Below are positions 1 through 12,774 of a DNA stretch of 64,000 nucleotides, one piece after another. The translations under genes and the position numbers were made by a program. Numbering within the stretch: position 1 is the first letter of the stretch; every line of letters starts with the position of its first letter. A model generated the notes under the pieces. It was not told the DNA's origin. It saw only the letters and a list, made by a program, of their open reading frames with translations, and ran no database searches. Origin of the DNA: Raillietiella orientalis (taxonomy: Eukaryota); the NCBI GenBank assembly GCA_036172245.1, contig JAYWIR010000002.1, positions 5,828,001 through 5,892,000 on the forward strand, given 5' to 3'.

Positions 1-1399
1 AAATTCATTAGAATGGGTAATTATTAGTTGCATAATGAGATGGGATGGCCAAGTTGCCGTGACGTAAAACAAGTTCGAGAGTTATTTCGGTCATCCTTCA
101 GTTTCCTTCCTTTGAATTAATGAGGCACCATCTTAGAAAAAGAGCTTGTCGCCAATGGAAACGGTTTCTGCACGACCGGAGGATCCTCATGCCATTACGA
201 AACGCATGCGTAGAAAGTGGATTGCTAGAAAGCAGCTCGTCTTCAGCAAAGACCGTTCTGAAAACCCACGATGAGTTTAAGCAGAAAATCTCAGAGGTCC
301 AAGACTAGCGCTATCGAATGCGCGCGGATGCTCGCAGGGAATTCTCAGATGTACACGAATTTTAGACGAACCTTTGATCGAGAATCTGCGAATGCTCGCT
401 CGCGAGGTACACGTGTCCGTGCCGTGAACGTGGAAGGGGCAGGCGTACGTGACCTCATGTGTAATATGTTAATTGAATAATAGTCAACCACCTTCACGTG
501 AGGGTTGCGTTACTGAGGCGATCATCAATATCCCTGATACGTGCTTCGGTTACGGCCGTAAATAATTGCGCCTAGTCATTCAGATTCGGGATGTTCTCAG
601 GAACGTCCATCCGCTCGGAGGAGACTCGGAGCCGATTCCTGTTACATTAGAAGTCCACATCCATCTTGCATTACAAGAAACACCCCAACAGCCGTGCCAC
701 TTCCTGAAACCTCGAGACTGCTTACCCCACCCATGTCATCATCGTTACTGCTCTCCGACATTGCCACCGGACGCGCCCTCATTATATTTACAAGGATCTC
801 ATGAAACTCATCCCCTTTATACCTACTCCAGGCGAGCGGACCCAATGTTGGAGTCTCCATACCTACTATTCCCTGAGTGAAGCAATAATGGCATACAAGC
901 TTGACTACCTTAACCTGACTTTATGCTGACGAGTGACTGCAAAATCACTAATCCGCCAACCTTTTCTCCTTCACCTTTCATGCTAGCAGACTGCGACCTA
1001 TTCTTCCATAGCCAACACTTCCTCTGATAACCCTTTCCCTGAGCTGCCTTATGCACGGCGAGTATTCTCCTCCTGCTTCAATCTTATTTGCAGTCTCAGA
1101 TGGACCTTTCTGCGCCAGAGGTCTGAGACGAAAGCCTTCGTTCCAGGATCTCGTACGTCCTCCGGAGACGAAAGCGGATTTAAACTCTCATGGTACCAAA
1201 ATAAGGAGTGACCTAGCAAAGTAATCCTGGGGCGCGCAAGTTAGTGTCTTACTATTGCTTCTAAGTCATGTCCAGACCTAAGAAAGGGGGATTCTGTTCA
1301 TCCGGGAAATTAGTACCATCCACTAATTCAAAGTAGAGAGTTGCATGTGCCTCAGAAGAAGAGGAAAAGAGGAAGCATTTTTATGAGCTCAGAGGACCA

Positions 1400-2271
1400 A
1401 AGAGCGAATTCATCCTGGAACTCTTTTTGCTCTTGTGGCGGCTGCACAATGTTCCTAGCGATTTGGCTCTCAGGAGTCCAATTTCAATGGATACGGATGC
1501 TGTCGATGAAATCCAACTTGAGGATGAACATACCAGCTGTTTGAGAACGGAACTGAAAAGTGCTGCTGGAAAGGAGCAAATACTGAATCATCATGAAGAA
1601 AAAAGAGGAGCACACCTTCCTCCTAGCATTGTATGACAAATCACATGGACTCGTGAAATAGGGATGCTGGAATCTTCCGTTCAAGTTATTCTTCACATTT
1701 ATGCAAGTTTCTGTACAGATAGATTCCCATGATCGGTCAGGTTAAATTTGAAGACAGAATTTTCTTTTGCTCTTCCAAGGAAATCTTCAGCAGAATATGT
1801 GTTCATTTTGGGGATCCTCAAGATTTGGCATGGGATGCTGTTGCATGCGCCACTCACGTAATTGAGGATCCTGTTTCAAGGCATCTGTGGGCCAGAAAAT
1901 TGAGATTTCAAGTTGGAGATCTCTGAAATTCCTCTTCCTGAGCTCTCAGGCATTGCTTTCAGTTGATCTTCTCAACAGTCTTGTTCAGAATAGGTGAACT
2001 CTAGATACTATCCATCAGTTTTCCACATCGTTCAAGAATTTCCAGTAAAGGGAACGCGGTGGAATTCACTACTTGTGCACATCCTCTTTCGAGGGATTGC
2101 AACTTCCTAGCAGTTTTCTACAAGAGTTTCCAGATCCGTTCTTGCTACCAGGTTCCGTTTCACAGTTGTTGCACCTTTCCACTGTTACTCTGCAGAAAGG
2201 TTCTGATTCGTAAGTCTAAACAAGTTCTACTTCCGGAGAAGGAGTTTTGTGCTTTGAAAAGGGTAGGATGA
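1400..2271 (+). pseudogene. Endogenous viral element: N-terminal part of a Mononegavirales-like L protein, decayed
   Basis: ORF 1427..1636 reads HNVPSDLALRSPISMD, resembling the conserved L N-terminal motif (D/E-x-x-L-x-S-P-I/L, as in VSV DYNLNSPLISD). Downstream + strand ORFs (1729..1926, 2059..2271) are short and broken. The call rests on one motif. Confidence 0.5.
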
Positions 2272-3329
2272 ATTTCTGGTGCTCCTGGAAGGAGCGGCTA
2301 ATAAACCATATTTAGAAAAAGACGCTGTACACAAGCCCAAACCACTAGTGCTTCCCAATATTACGTTCATCTCCATTTTACTCTTAGGACAGAGATGCTA
2401 GTTTTCTTTAACAAGACAATCTTGATCTGTCCTAGGAGGCGGAGCATTAATAAGTCAAGTTTTTTTCATTATCGTACCCAAAGTGAAAGGGATTTGACTG
2501 GTCGATACTTGCATGCAGCTCTTTTCAACAACACAAATCCTTCCATCCATCCGAAGATGGGAGACATTCTGTCGAAAGGGAAGTTCCATCAGGGCACAGA
2601 GTATTCTCAAAGTCTTGTGCGTCTGGTGGGGAAGCTCTTACGATCCGAAGCCGCGGTGCTCGGGATGAAAAGCTGGGTAGTAGCGAATGGTTCGAGGAAC
2701 CGAAATTTGAAGAGGGTGCTGGCCGATTCGCAGAACCCTTTTCCGGAGGGCTCAGACGTCAGCAGATAGCTCGTGAAAGAAACCTTCCTTTTCGCGAAAC
2801 AAATCCACATGCAAACTGGAAGGGCTGCGAAAAGAAAAATGAAACACTCACTGGGATTCGTGTTCTCTTCCTTGACTTCTTGGACCATTCGCCGCACACT
2901 CTTCGTTAGCTTTCCGACGAAATTAATCTCTAAAAAAGAAAGAGCGATGAAATTTTTCGAACACGGGCTGGTAAGGTCTTCGAGCACATTTTCGTTACTC
3001 GACTGAGGAGCGACTGTTGAAAGTCTCTTCTCCTAGAATGCGGCCTTCGTGGAAAAGCGCCGATGAAACTGTCAGTCTCGGGTGCTTTGCTTTTCGCTCA
3101 AAACGCTCTAGGGAAAGAAAGTGTTGGATGCATGAAGCAAATAGAAACACGAGGTAACGTTTCATCCTTTGCGCAGAAAACCGTGTGCATTCCTGTGAGT
3201 ACGTAGAAGAAAGCAACCCTCCTTCCGCTGATCCTGTAAGGAGAAACTTCAGAAACACGCAAAAGAACACTCAAGTTCATCTGAGCGTTCTTTCGCGTCG
3301 CTCTCGAAAGAAAGGTCGAGGAGGGAAGC

Positions 3330-4420
3330 TGATAGGATGACCGGGGTTTGGGGAAAAGGCCAAGTCTTGGCTGTACTCTTCGCTGGAAACGCAAGCAAAG
3401 AACTGGACTCTCGTGGTCAAAGAGGAGACTTGACAGCCATCGATTGCACGAGGAGGGCGTGTGCCTTTCCCCATCCCGGCCATTCGAAGCGCGGTCCCTC
3501 TTTCATTTCTTTAAAACAAGCTCACTTGTGCTCCGACCTGGCGAATTCCGAAGAGGCTTTCGGCGGTGCACTCGAGGGCTTCTCTTTGCCCATTCGGATT
3601 CTACAGCCGCTGCAGTGAAAAGAATCCGCGGTCGCGTTCCACATGCCTGCCAATTCCTCCACTCCGGTCCGCTCGTTTCTTTTCTCTGCAGGGAACGAAG
3701 AGGGGAAATCTGCTCATCGGAAACGTGCGCCTCGAATTCGGAAGGTGCTGAACCTCTGGTGTGAAGTCTCATGCGGCTGTAAGGAGGAAGCGGTGGCCAG
3801 CCTTCCACTTGTCGATTCGCAGCGAGGAATCTTCGCTTCTCAGGTGGATGAGGTGGTGCGCCCAGGTTCCAAGCAAAAAGTCGAAGTTGGAGCCGAAGAC
3901 ATGTCTCTGGTGTGCGTATTGATGTCCGTCGGTTAGGAGGTGGTGAGGAGGAACGCTGTTGCTCAAAAGCATAAAAGCAGCGTTGAGGATTCGGATGCCA
4001 TGTGGAGGATCGACGCCAAGAAGTGGGCGCGTCGTGGGTTTCGATTTCCCTCCGCAGGATGACGTTGGTTGGCCCACGGACTGCGAGTGTAGCACTGATG
4101 GAAACCGGATGCCTCCGTTGACCGGCCGGGATTGAAAGTCTACCATCCGAAGTCCCTTCCGGGGATCAAGGAGTCGCCTCACTCCGGGCTTCTCTCCTGT
4201 TGCGAAAATGAAGCCGTCCTCCTTCCTCTGGGGGGATCCTCCATTGCGCTCCATGAAGTCGGTTGATGTCCCCCTGGGGTGTTGCCTTTCCAGAGTGTAA
4301 GAAGGGGCTGTTTCGAAGTTCTTTTCAGAGAAGGAAACGAGGAGCGGTTCCCCCAGCGGGTACCGTCCAGAGAAGAAGTTCCAGGGGTAGATCCTTTCCG
4401 TGTTCGTCAGCATCCTCGCA
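3330..4420 (+). mobile_element. Decayed gag (zinc knuckle)-retropepsin element, copy A
   Basis: Knuckle-like remnants EEGVCL/PGHS (~3450-3485) and FLCRE..C (~3680). Protease active-site-like KVEVGAEDMSLV (~3877-3912) and RVVGFDF..W (~4028-4075), corresponding to D-T/S-G-A and I/V-L/V-G-x-D-F. Homologous to other copies in the window. Confidence 0.6.
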
Positions 4421-5719
4421 CCTTCCGTAAACTGAACGAAGGAATTTGGGCTCCAACCGGAACGGCGTTGCTTGGTGCTTCGTTGGTCAAATGGAGAGTG
4501 AGAGACGTCCATCGGAATGCACCCGTTGCACAGAAAGACGTGCTGCTGACCGTCCCTAGCCCAAAACTTGGGCGCGTATTCCATCGAGCACGCGTTTCCT
4601 TAGGAGCAGAGTAGGCAGAAGTTACGGCCAAGTACGAAACTGTTTGATGAGGAATGGCTGGGTAGTTTGGGGAAGCGTCTTCTTGTCTTCGCAGACCGCC
4701 AGAGGAATCTGCCGAGAAGCAGGAACGAATCCGAATGTGTTCTCGGCAAGTGTGCGCGCGTGTTTGTCTGCGAGTGCGTGCAAGATAAAGTCCGAGTGTT
4801 CGCCCCGAGATTTTCCACATATCTGCACATCACAGGATGGAGGGAAGAGCAAAACACTCGATCTTCCGTTCGGTTCATCGGGTGGGGAAGAAGGAGCGAA
4901 CAGCTTCTGCGCGTTGTCGAGGCGGAGTGCGCGGAGACGCACTCGGCCAAAACACTTACTGTTTCCGCTGTCTCTTCTTTCTTTTCCTTGCATCATTTGC
5001 GTCTGCTCTTTTCCCACATTTTCTTTGATGCTTGTTCGTCAGAGCTCCTGAAAGAAAACGCTGTTGGTACTCTGTGAGAAGTCAAACAACGATGATGTGA
5101 AGAAAACAAACATGGCACCAGAGGTCTTTTTTTCCTTCAGAAGGATCGTCTCAAGGAAGGTTTCTTGCACGGAGAAATGAGGAGTGATTAAAAAGAGAAC
5201 ACTGAGGAAGGAGATGGCGGCGCTAGCTTGGCATCTGAGAGTTCTTCCTGCTTTTGTGCGAAAGGAATTGAGCCGAAAGGAAGCAGTAAGAGTAGAGAGG
5301 CAGCAGAGAAGAAGATGCATAGGGAACCTGCACTTTTTCACCATTTCACTTCATGTGCAGCTCCATCTTTGCGCTCATACGTGTTCGTCATCAAGTTGGC
5401 AACTTTTTCCTCCATCGTCTCGTGTAAGCTCCAAGCCGAAAATGAGAGGAAAAAGAAAAAAAAAAAGACAAATTCGCGCTGCTTTTTTCTCCACTTCCAG
5501 CTGCCTCCCATCATTTCAGTCGCATTCTCAGATTCGATTCGTCGTGACCAATACCGGCGGCCAATCTTTACTTGCGTCTTGCTCTCCGTTGGATAATTAT
5601 GCTGCTCCGTCTCTTCCCCTCTTGGCTCTCCTCGGAGAAAGATTTCGGCCGCAGCCGCTTTGGGAAAATGAAAGCGAACAGCCGAAGTAATGGAATATTG
5701 TCGAAGTGAGGTCAAGGAG

Positions 5720-6010
5720 GGAAGCCGATTGGATGGCCGGTTTGCCAAGTCTTCGCTGCGTTCCTCCGGAAACTCGAGCATGGAATTGGCTGCTCGTGGT
5801 CAAAGAGGAGCACTCGGCTGACCATGGGTTGCATGAGGAGCGCGTGTGACCACAGATCGACCTGCCCCCCTCTCTCGGTCATCAAACACGGTGCCTCTCC
5901 CTTCCTTTTTCCGAAACAAATTTCTTCTCCGAACTGGCAGCGGCGAAGCTACCGCCAGTGGCAAACTGCCGTTCTACCAGCGAGTGCCTGCCCGAGCACT
6001 GGACCGCTTC
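5720..6010 (+). mobile_element. Fragment of the same gag-protease element, copy B (gag part)
   Basis: Direct nucleotide similarity to 3335-3700: both carry ggatg-ccgg...gccaagtctt...ctcgtggtcaaagaggag. Confidence 0.65.
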
Positions 6011-6059
6011 TTTTCATTTCCGACCAATGTCAGAGGCTGACCAGCCCCTCCCTGGATTA

Positions 6060-6327
6060 GGGTGAGCGGCAGGAAATCAGCTGCGGAAGTGCACTCTGGG
6101 GATCCTCTTATAGAATCGCAGTGGCGTGCAGTACTTCTCAGTAGATTGCGGGGGATCTGTCCTTCCCAGTGGAGCAGCACGTGCTAGAGCTCTTTCGATC
6201 TGAGAAAGCAGTGGAGCTTTTAAAGATGAGTGTTGTTGTTGGGAACCTCTGAATCATCAGGACTGCTCTTTCCACCTCAACCAACTCCAAGTTAACCAAA
6301 CGAGTGCAAAGCGAGATTTAAAAAAAA
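6060..6327 (+). pseudogene. Possible extreme C-terminus of a viral L gene plus gene-end-like signal
   Basis: Frame ends AVELLKMSVVVGNL*, followed about 65 nt later by ATTTAAAAAAAA (6316-6327). Weak evidence. Confidence 0.2.
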
Positions 6328-6664
6328 TTAAAACAAATGAAGAGAAAATTGAAATGAAGGGTTATGGAATCATGGATTCAGATCCGCTGCTTTCTCGGTC
6401 ATTTTTCTTCGTTAGGTGACTCAGGGACCGCTGCTTCATCCGTTGCGGAAGCGACTGGACGTCCCGCCAATGCAGTCTCGCACCAGAGTTGTGAGTGAGG
6501 AGGGCAGGACGACTTTGAAGGCGACTTTTGTCCACTCCCTATTCCCGGCTGCTGATCAAGCAGCCGGGAATTAGAGTCCATAATCACCCAAAGTCGCTGT
6601 CATACTGCGTTCCTGCGCCTCCCACCCATCACACTCCCGAAGTCCGGGTCGTCCCATCGCCATC

Positions 6665-6780
6665 TAGCAGGAGGGGATCGAAACCTGTCGCACAACTGTG
6701 GGGAGGGGGAATTCGAACCCTAGACCTTCCACCTTCGACGCCGGATATCGTGGCTGCACGGCAGCCCACGGGAGCGAACG
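6665..6780 (-). repeat. tRNA-like/SINE-head remnant
   Basis: Minus strand reads ctcccgtgg...GGGTTCGAATTCCC (Pol III B-box/T-arm-like), then a second GGTTTCGATCCCC. The A-box is unclear. Confidence 0.3.
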
Positions 6781-9059
6781 AGTAAATCAAATGGTGGTTC
6801 CGCCATGTCACGAACAAACTGGCAGGAAGTGAATCATCGTCAGGATACGTGAAGCCACAGAATCCGAGTGCCACCGCGGCCGATTAAGCAAACGCAGGAA
6901 CCAGGGACCGATCACTCCTTCTGGAGCGAGCAGCAGCAACGCCTTTTCGGCGCTGGCGTTCCCGCCTGCCGAACCTCTCCAAGATTCTGTCGGCGATGCT
7001 TCGTCAGAGGCGGAAACGTCGCCGGTGCCAGTCCGAATGAACATCCGGTTCATGGCGCACACCGTGGTCTCTAAGCCGTGGTGCAGCGAGTAAGTGTCCA
7101 GGTGTCGGTAGCGGCGTTCTTCTAAAAGGCTTGCGAAGGCGTCTTTTTTGGGGATCCACTGGACTTCAGGGAAGTCCTTCCTGGGGTTGATCTTCGGCGC
7201 GCTCAGAGGGCGCCAAAGAGTCAGCTCACGTCCGCAGATCGCATTCCCTGATTGATTCTCGTGAATCCCGAATGGACTTTTCGCTCCTTGGAAAAGCTGC
7301 GCACGTTGTGCAAGGTCTTTGGAAACGGAAGTGGACCTTTGAACTCGAGTTCGGCGCAGAACCATCGGATCGCATGGCGCCACGGAGCGATCCCTTCCAA
7401 CGTGAAGGCGGTCACGACATACTTCGAAATGAAGGACTCTTCCCTTCTTCCAAGAGTATTTCTCTGCTCACTCGCGGAAGAGACAGAAATCCGACCTGTG
7501 GCAAATTCGTCCACGGTGGTGGTGCGCGCCAAATTTCCTCTGAAAGCAGGGCAACCGCTGCTGTTCCGACAGCATCCCGTTTCCTGCTCACAGAGCCGCT
7601 CTCTGCGTTTCTCCGCCAGCCGCAAGTATACGTCCAGGTCTCCTCCTGCGAAACGGAGACTCTCGGGATGGATGGGAAAGCCCACCTTCCCCCCTCCACG
7701 AGGAAGCACATGCGTCGGGCTAAGCAGGAAACGAGCGCGAGAGGGGGGCGATCCATCTGGGCGGCAGGCAAATCCAAACTGCATCAAAGACAACAACAGC
7801 AAGCAATAACAAAGCGCACCGTCCTTCTGCGGAGATGAGACCTCGGGAACTTTCCACGCTTCTCAAGAAAGAGGAAAACACAAACCTGGAAGACTGCTGG
7901 AGCGAGCTGGGCACCTGGAGGGAAACGCGAGGGCAGATCGAGTAGCCACTGCGTCAGCCCGCCATCTGACAGCCTGCGCCGCACGCACGTGTGTCCGCAA
8001 GATGCGAGTGTCTACAGGTTTTTCATCCGGCCTTCGCTGGCGGTTGCTCGGGGAGCGAGTGCCGGTAGAGCTCCTGGCTTCGCATCGGGGTGGGGAGTCG
8101 CTCCGTAGGGACCACTGGCTTTGCAAGGATGAATCGTGATGCGTCCGGGCGAAACGTCAGTCCGTTCGAGCACGCTTCGACCGCTCGACTGATCGATCGG
8201 CCTCGGGGCGCGCGCCTTCCAGCCATCCAAAATTCACGAATGCAGCGCTCCGTGGACCGGGGATAAAAGGGCGGGCCGTCGAGGGATCGAGCCGCTTCCC
8301 TGTCCGGATGCCGGCCGGAGTCCCGCCCTCCAGTCGACGGGACAGCCGGCTTGGCCTGATTTCTTCCGTCCGCCTGGGTCGTCCGCTCATTCCCCCTCCG
8401 ATCCCCCGGACCGACCACGCGACCTCGGTCTGCTCCGATGCCGGATGAGGAATGTCTGCGCCGCGACCTTCATGGGGTTTTTGGAACCCTGCGAAGGTCT
8501 CCAGCGAGGTGCCGGCCTCCTCGCCTCTCTTCGCGCCAGCTTTGTGAGCGGCACGCAGCGCTGCCCTGCGGCAGGGAGAGGTGCCTCTACCGCGTCGCGT
8601 GTCACCCGACGAAACGCACCCCTTCGACGGCACCGGGAGGGCGAGCGAGCGCAGAAGAGTTCCCTGACTTCCGGATGCCACATGCAGCACGTGGGCGCCT
8701 TCTCCGAAAGTGGCCTTCGTCCTCAGTGGATTGCTGACTTTTTTTTTCCCGCGAGCGGGAAAAAGCGGGACAAGGAAGGAACAGAGAGCGCCACCCACCG
8801 CACCCACTTCCAGAATCTCCTTGCGAGAGCGCTCCCGGCTTCCATTGCAACAAGGGGAACGTCGCAAGATTCCCTCATCCTCACCCGGGCTAGGAGCGGG
8901 GAGAGGACGGGGTTTTCATCACAACCGCTCGCGGACTTTTTTCCCCGGCTCGGTTCGATCCGCCTCGGCACGCAAAGTCTGCCGCCGCCCTCGAAACTAG
9001 TCGGTGTCGCACGAGCGAAAAGAGCAGCCGAAACACGAAGAGGAGGAGGAATACGAAAA

Positions 9060-9108
9060 GGAGTAGGAGTAGGACTAGGAGTAGGAGTAGGAGGAAGAGG
9101 AAGAGGAG
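9060..9108. repeat. (GGAGTA)n / GA-rich simple repeat
   Basis: ggagtaggagtaggactaggagtaggagtaggaggaagaggaagagg is directly visible. Confidence 0.85.
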
Positions 9109-9599
9109 CAACGCACCTGATCGGGGAGTTCTCCCGTTCACCCGAGCTGTTCCTTCCGCTCTCGGCCGATCAGTCGTCTTCCCGAGCAGGTCGCTCGCCG
9201 TCCATCACGTCTCCGGAGCGACCTGGCTCGGGCGGGATTCTCCGGAGGACGGTCCCGTGCTCCCTTGCGCAGATCCCGTTCTCTCCTCCTGAAGTCGTTT
9301 GCATTCGCGACTGATCCCGCCCATGAATTTGATGTCCCTAAATTTTTCTTCGGGATACGTTTGGCAGCGGCTGTGCGTCTGAAGGCACGTAATCTCGCGG
9401 CTCTGATAAGAACGGCTGGACTCCCCTCCCTCCTCTTCTCCCTCCCTCTCTCTCTCTCTCCCATGCGAGCGCTCTCTGTCGGGCAGACTTAGCAGCTCGG
9501 CACAACCGGAGAGAGGGTTTTGCCTCGCCGTACGCGGCCAGTGGTTGTGGAATTCTCGCCTCAGTTCGACCACTGGGGATCTCTCGCCTCCCCCTGTAG

Positions 9600-9850
9600 G
9601 AGGAGGGCGAGGGCGGGCGGCGGCTAACTCACCCGGAAAATCACCGCGGCATGGACCTCCTCCACTGCGAAAGGTAGACGCAAGTAGACGACAGACTTTG
9701 AAGGGGACGGGGGAAAGAGGAATCCCGTGGCTTCTCTCGTGGCCTCCGGAGGTGAGCGGGATGAACGCGAGCGCGGAGGAGTCCCCGGCGCGGATCAGAT
9801 GTCTCGGGAAAGGCCACTGTGCCTACCAAGGCTGAAAGAAGCTGCGGTCG
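9600..9850 (+). mobile_element. C-terminal catalytic part of a tyrosine recombinase, decayed
   Basis: GKRNPVASLV..ERERGGVPGADQMSRE, then in the adjacent frame HCAYQG. This fits R...A-x-x-M-x-H-S-x-x-T-A-x-x-x-Y with small deletions. Confidence 0.45.
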
Positions 9851-11659
9851 CCCCGAGGGTTTTCGTTCAGTTTGTTCCCCTGCGGGACCTAGAGCGGGGC
9901 CGCCGGAGAATGCTTCCTTGGACGGGGAGGTCAGCTCGAGAGCCTTTCGTCGGGATGCGTACCTGGGAGAGACGATCACGCGTTCCGCGGAGGAAACCGG
10001 AAATTTTCCGAAACCCTTCTGTCTCCGCGCTCATCAGGAAACCTTGCCTTTCCCACGAGACCTGCCTTCCCTTAGATAGAAATCTCCTCCCCACCTCCCC
10101 GTGTCTTCCGAGACTTCCGCGACGCGCTGCCACCTTCTCCTCTTCGGCCGAGGGCATGCTCCTGGGTCAGCAGCCAAGTAAGAGAATGCGATCCTCTCGA
10201 GAACCGAGGCGCCTTCCTTCTTGCCTCTGATGACCACACTTCTTCCTCCCTACCCCCACGGCTCTAGAGGTGCCTTTGGTTCATTCCTGTGGCTGCAACG
10301 CCCACCTCCGCCTTCTCTCGGAACCTGGAACCCTCATCCTTCGCTGGCGCCATCTGCTCTTTGCGAGCAAGCAGCCGCCCATACTGCACGCTGCCAACTC
10401 CCTCCTGCGCCCGCAGCAGGCTCTGCTCTCGGGAGCGGACAAGAGGCTTCCTACGTGGTGGCGGTGGACGAAAGCACAACTGAGACCAGGAAATCTCTTC
10501 GCGGTGCAGGGGAGCCGGAAGCGGAACGGGAACGGAAGTTGCTCTCTCTTTTGCGCTCCCGTCTTCCTTAGCGGGTCTCCTCGCCCCTCGCCTCAGCCCT
10601 CAGGGCAAATGACCACAGCAGCCGATCAGAAGGGTGGGAGTTGTCCTGAGGAATGGCAGGAGTTCAGAAGCTCCTCGACGGCTGCAACACGAGCGAGCTG
10701 GTGGAGGGAGTCACTCCTCGTTTCCGGGAGAAGGGACTCCTTCGGCGGAATGACCTACTTCGTTTATCACCCGGTCACGCCGGAACGTTTATTATGAAAA
10801 ATAAACATACATGTGTAGGGCCATCGGCCCTACATTTCCGAAAATGCTCGGAACCTGCCGAGTAACCGGCACGCAGGCCGGAGAGGTTCGCCTCGGCGTC
10901 AGAGGGGAAGGGGACAAACAAAAATAAAAATAAAAAAAAACAGAACACTGTTCACACACAGAAATTGGAGGGTTAGGGAAGAGATCACGGTCCGCTGTAC
11001 GGTGTCCTCTGCATACTGGGGTGAAGGACGCTGTAGGGCGTCCTTCATCCGAGTATGCACCAGGTGTGGTCTTCTAGCTGCCGTCTTCAGGAAGCACAGG
11101 GTGAAGCAGATGACGTTCCTATCGTGCAGTCCTCTTCTCGCGTAGCTCCAGGATGCCGCGACCTCATGTAGACAGGGAAGAGCTGCTGGGCATGCGGCAG
11201 GCGAAAGAGCATCGCACACAAAGGGGTGCTTCATCACATCCCTGGGATTGTCCGTCGGTGCACCAAGAGCCGTTCCGTTACGCAACCACAGAGACCGGAG
11301 GGCAGCACAGTCTGCAAGCAGGTGCGGGAGGGATTCTTGTTCTCCGCACCTGCAACAGTTTGGATTTCCAGCCCTCCGGGTTCAGTGAGACCTGCAGGAA
11401 TTGCACGGAAGGCCTCAATGCAGCAGCAGAAGTGCCGACTTGTCATTTCAGGGATAAGGCCCGGTTGTTCTTCAGAGCTGAGGGCTATTCGAGACCTTCC
11501 TGTAAGATTCCCAGCAGCTCACCCCAGCGCAACAGTCCTTTCGATGGGGCATTTGGGGTCGCAGCGTTCATGAGCTGGTCCGTGGTCGAATCACCTAGTT
11601 CCCTCGTCCTCTGACTGATTTCGTAACTGACCTCCCATTTGGCCAGTTAATTACTGCCA

Positions 11660-12774
11660 ACGTGCTCCCTGAGGAAGGGCAGTGGCAGCTAGGGAGGTCC
11701 TTTGCTCCCATGACACGTGGTCGGCTGCACGATGACTTCCTGCAGCGAGCGGTTGTTGTTGTAGGAGTGCAGCAGTTGCTGCCGCATTCCCGGGCTCGCT
11801 TCGTTCTTCTGGTTCTACGTGAGAACGGTTTCCTGGAGCCAGGCACTACCGTTCGCGGGCTAGCAGAAGATCCAGTTGTTGGTCCTGGCCAGCTTGGCCA
11901 CCTGCCGGAGTTCCAGCCCGCAGCTGGACACGTTGCGTCTGCGTCGCCGCGCCAGGAACGAAGACAGTTCCGCGTAGCTGGTGGCTCGCTTGACCAGGTA
12001 TCGTGCGGGCTCGCACCAGCTCGTGCTCCACAACTTTGCCACTAGAACAAGTGTCCTCCGTTGGAGCTGCCGCTCCAGGAGCTCCATCATCAGGAGGCCG
12101 GGATCTTCGTCGTCCCGAGGAGAGCAGAAGTCTTTCAGGCGGACTCGGCCCCTCAGTGATCTGCTTGGCGTGTCCCTGAGGGACCCGTGGTCCCTTCCTT
12201 GTGCGCAGACACTTCCGCTCCGTTGGAAACCACAGGATATCCTGCTGTTTCCGTACTGGGGAGATTCCAGTGCTACCAGCTCAGGCTCCTGGTTTCCAGG
12301 GGAGTTGCGTCCGCGAGATGTTCCAAATGCGGGGCGATGGAAACGTTCCTGCGTCTCCTGCTGGACTACAGCTTCCTGGAGGACATGTGGAGCTGACTCG
12401 CTTCGGCACTCCGCTATCCGCAAAACACCTACGAACTTGCTGTGAGACAGCGCTTTTTGGCAAAAGGCGGACTGACGGCAGGCTCTTGTGATCGTAAGAA
12501 AGCGGAAGAGGGATGTCAAATACGAGGAACCGTTTCTTCTCTTCACAGCTAGAGGAACGCCGGCTTTGTTGGTAGTGCGATTGGCAGGATACCTGCGCCA
12601 ACGCGGGAGAGCCCGCGTTATGTTGAAGTCCCGTTCGCAGCGAAGGGGGGTCATCAGCATGGCAGCCGTCTTGATGAGGCCGGCTACGAGGTGGTGTCTC
12701 GCCTTCCAGAAGTCGTCAGAGAGATCGTCACCATACACAGCCGCTTCTAGAAAGAAAGGAATGACTGAAACCAA
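11660..12774 (-). mobile_element. N-terminal/core part of a tyrosine recombinase, decayed
   Basis: ORF 11860..12774 has NGSSYLTSLFRFLT (core-binding-like Y-L-x-S-L-x-x-F). Further on are LAPGNRSHV (~11815-11842, G-x-R catalytic Arg) and EVIVQ/DH..GSKGP (~11695-11740, V-x-x-H-K-T...G-P-like). Confidence 0.5.

Noticed and set aside
7200..10800. Numerous overlapping 100-290 aa ORFs as genes
   Set aside because: They are expected by chance in GC-rich sequence, and the translations are R/S/P/G-rich without domains.
12720..12745. AAVYGDDL as an RdRp GDD motif
   Set aside because: It lies at the very start of the frame with no motifs A or B around it. The downstream sequence fits a tyrosine recombinase better.
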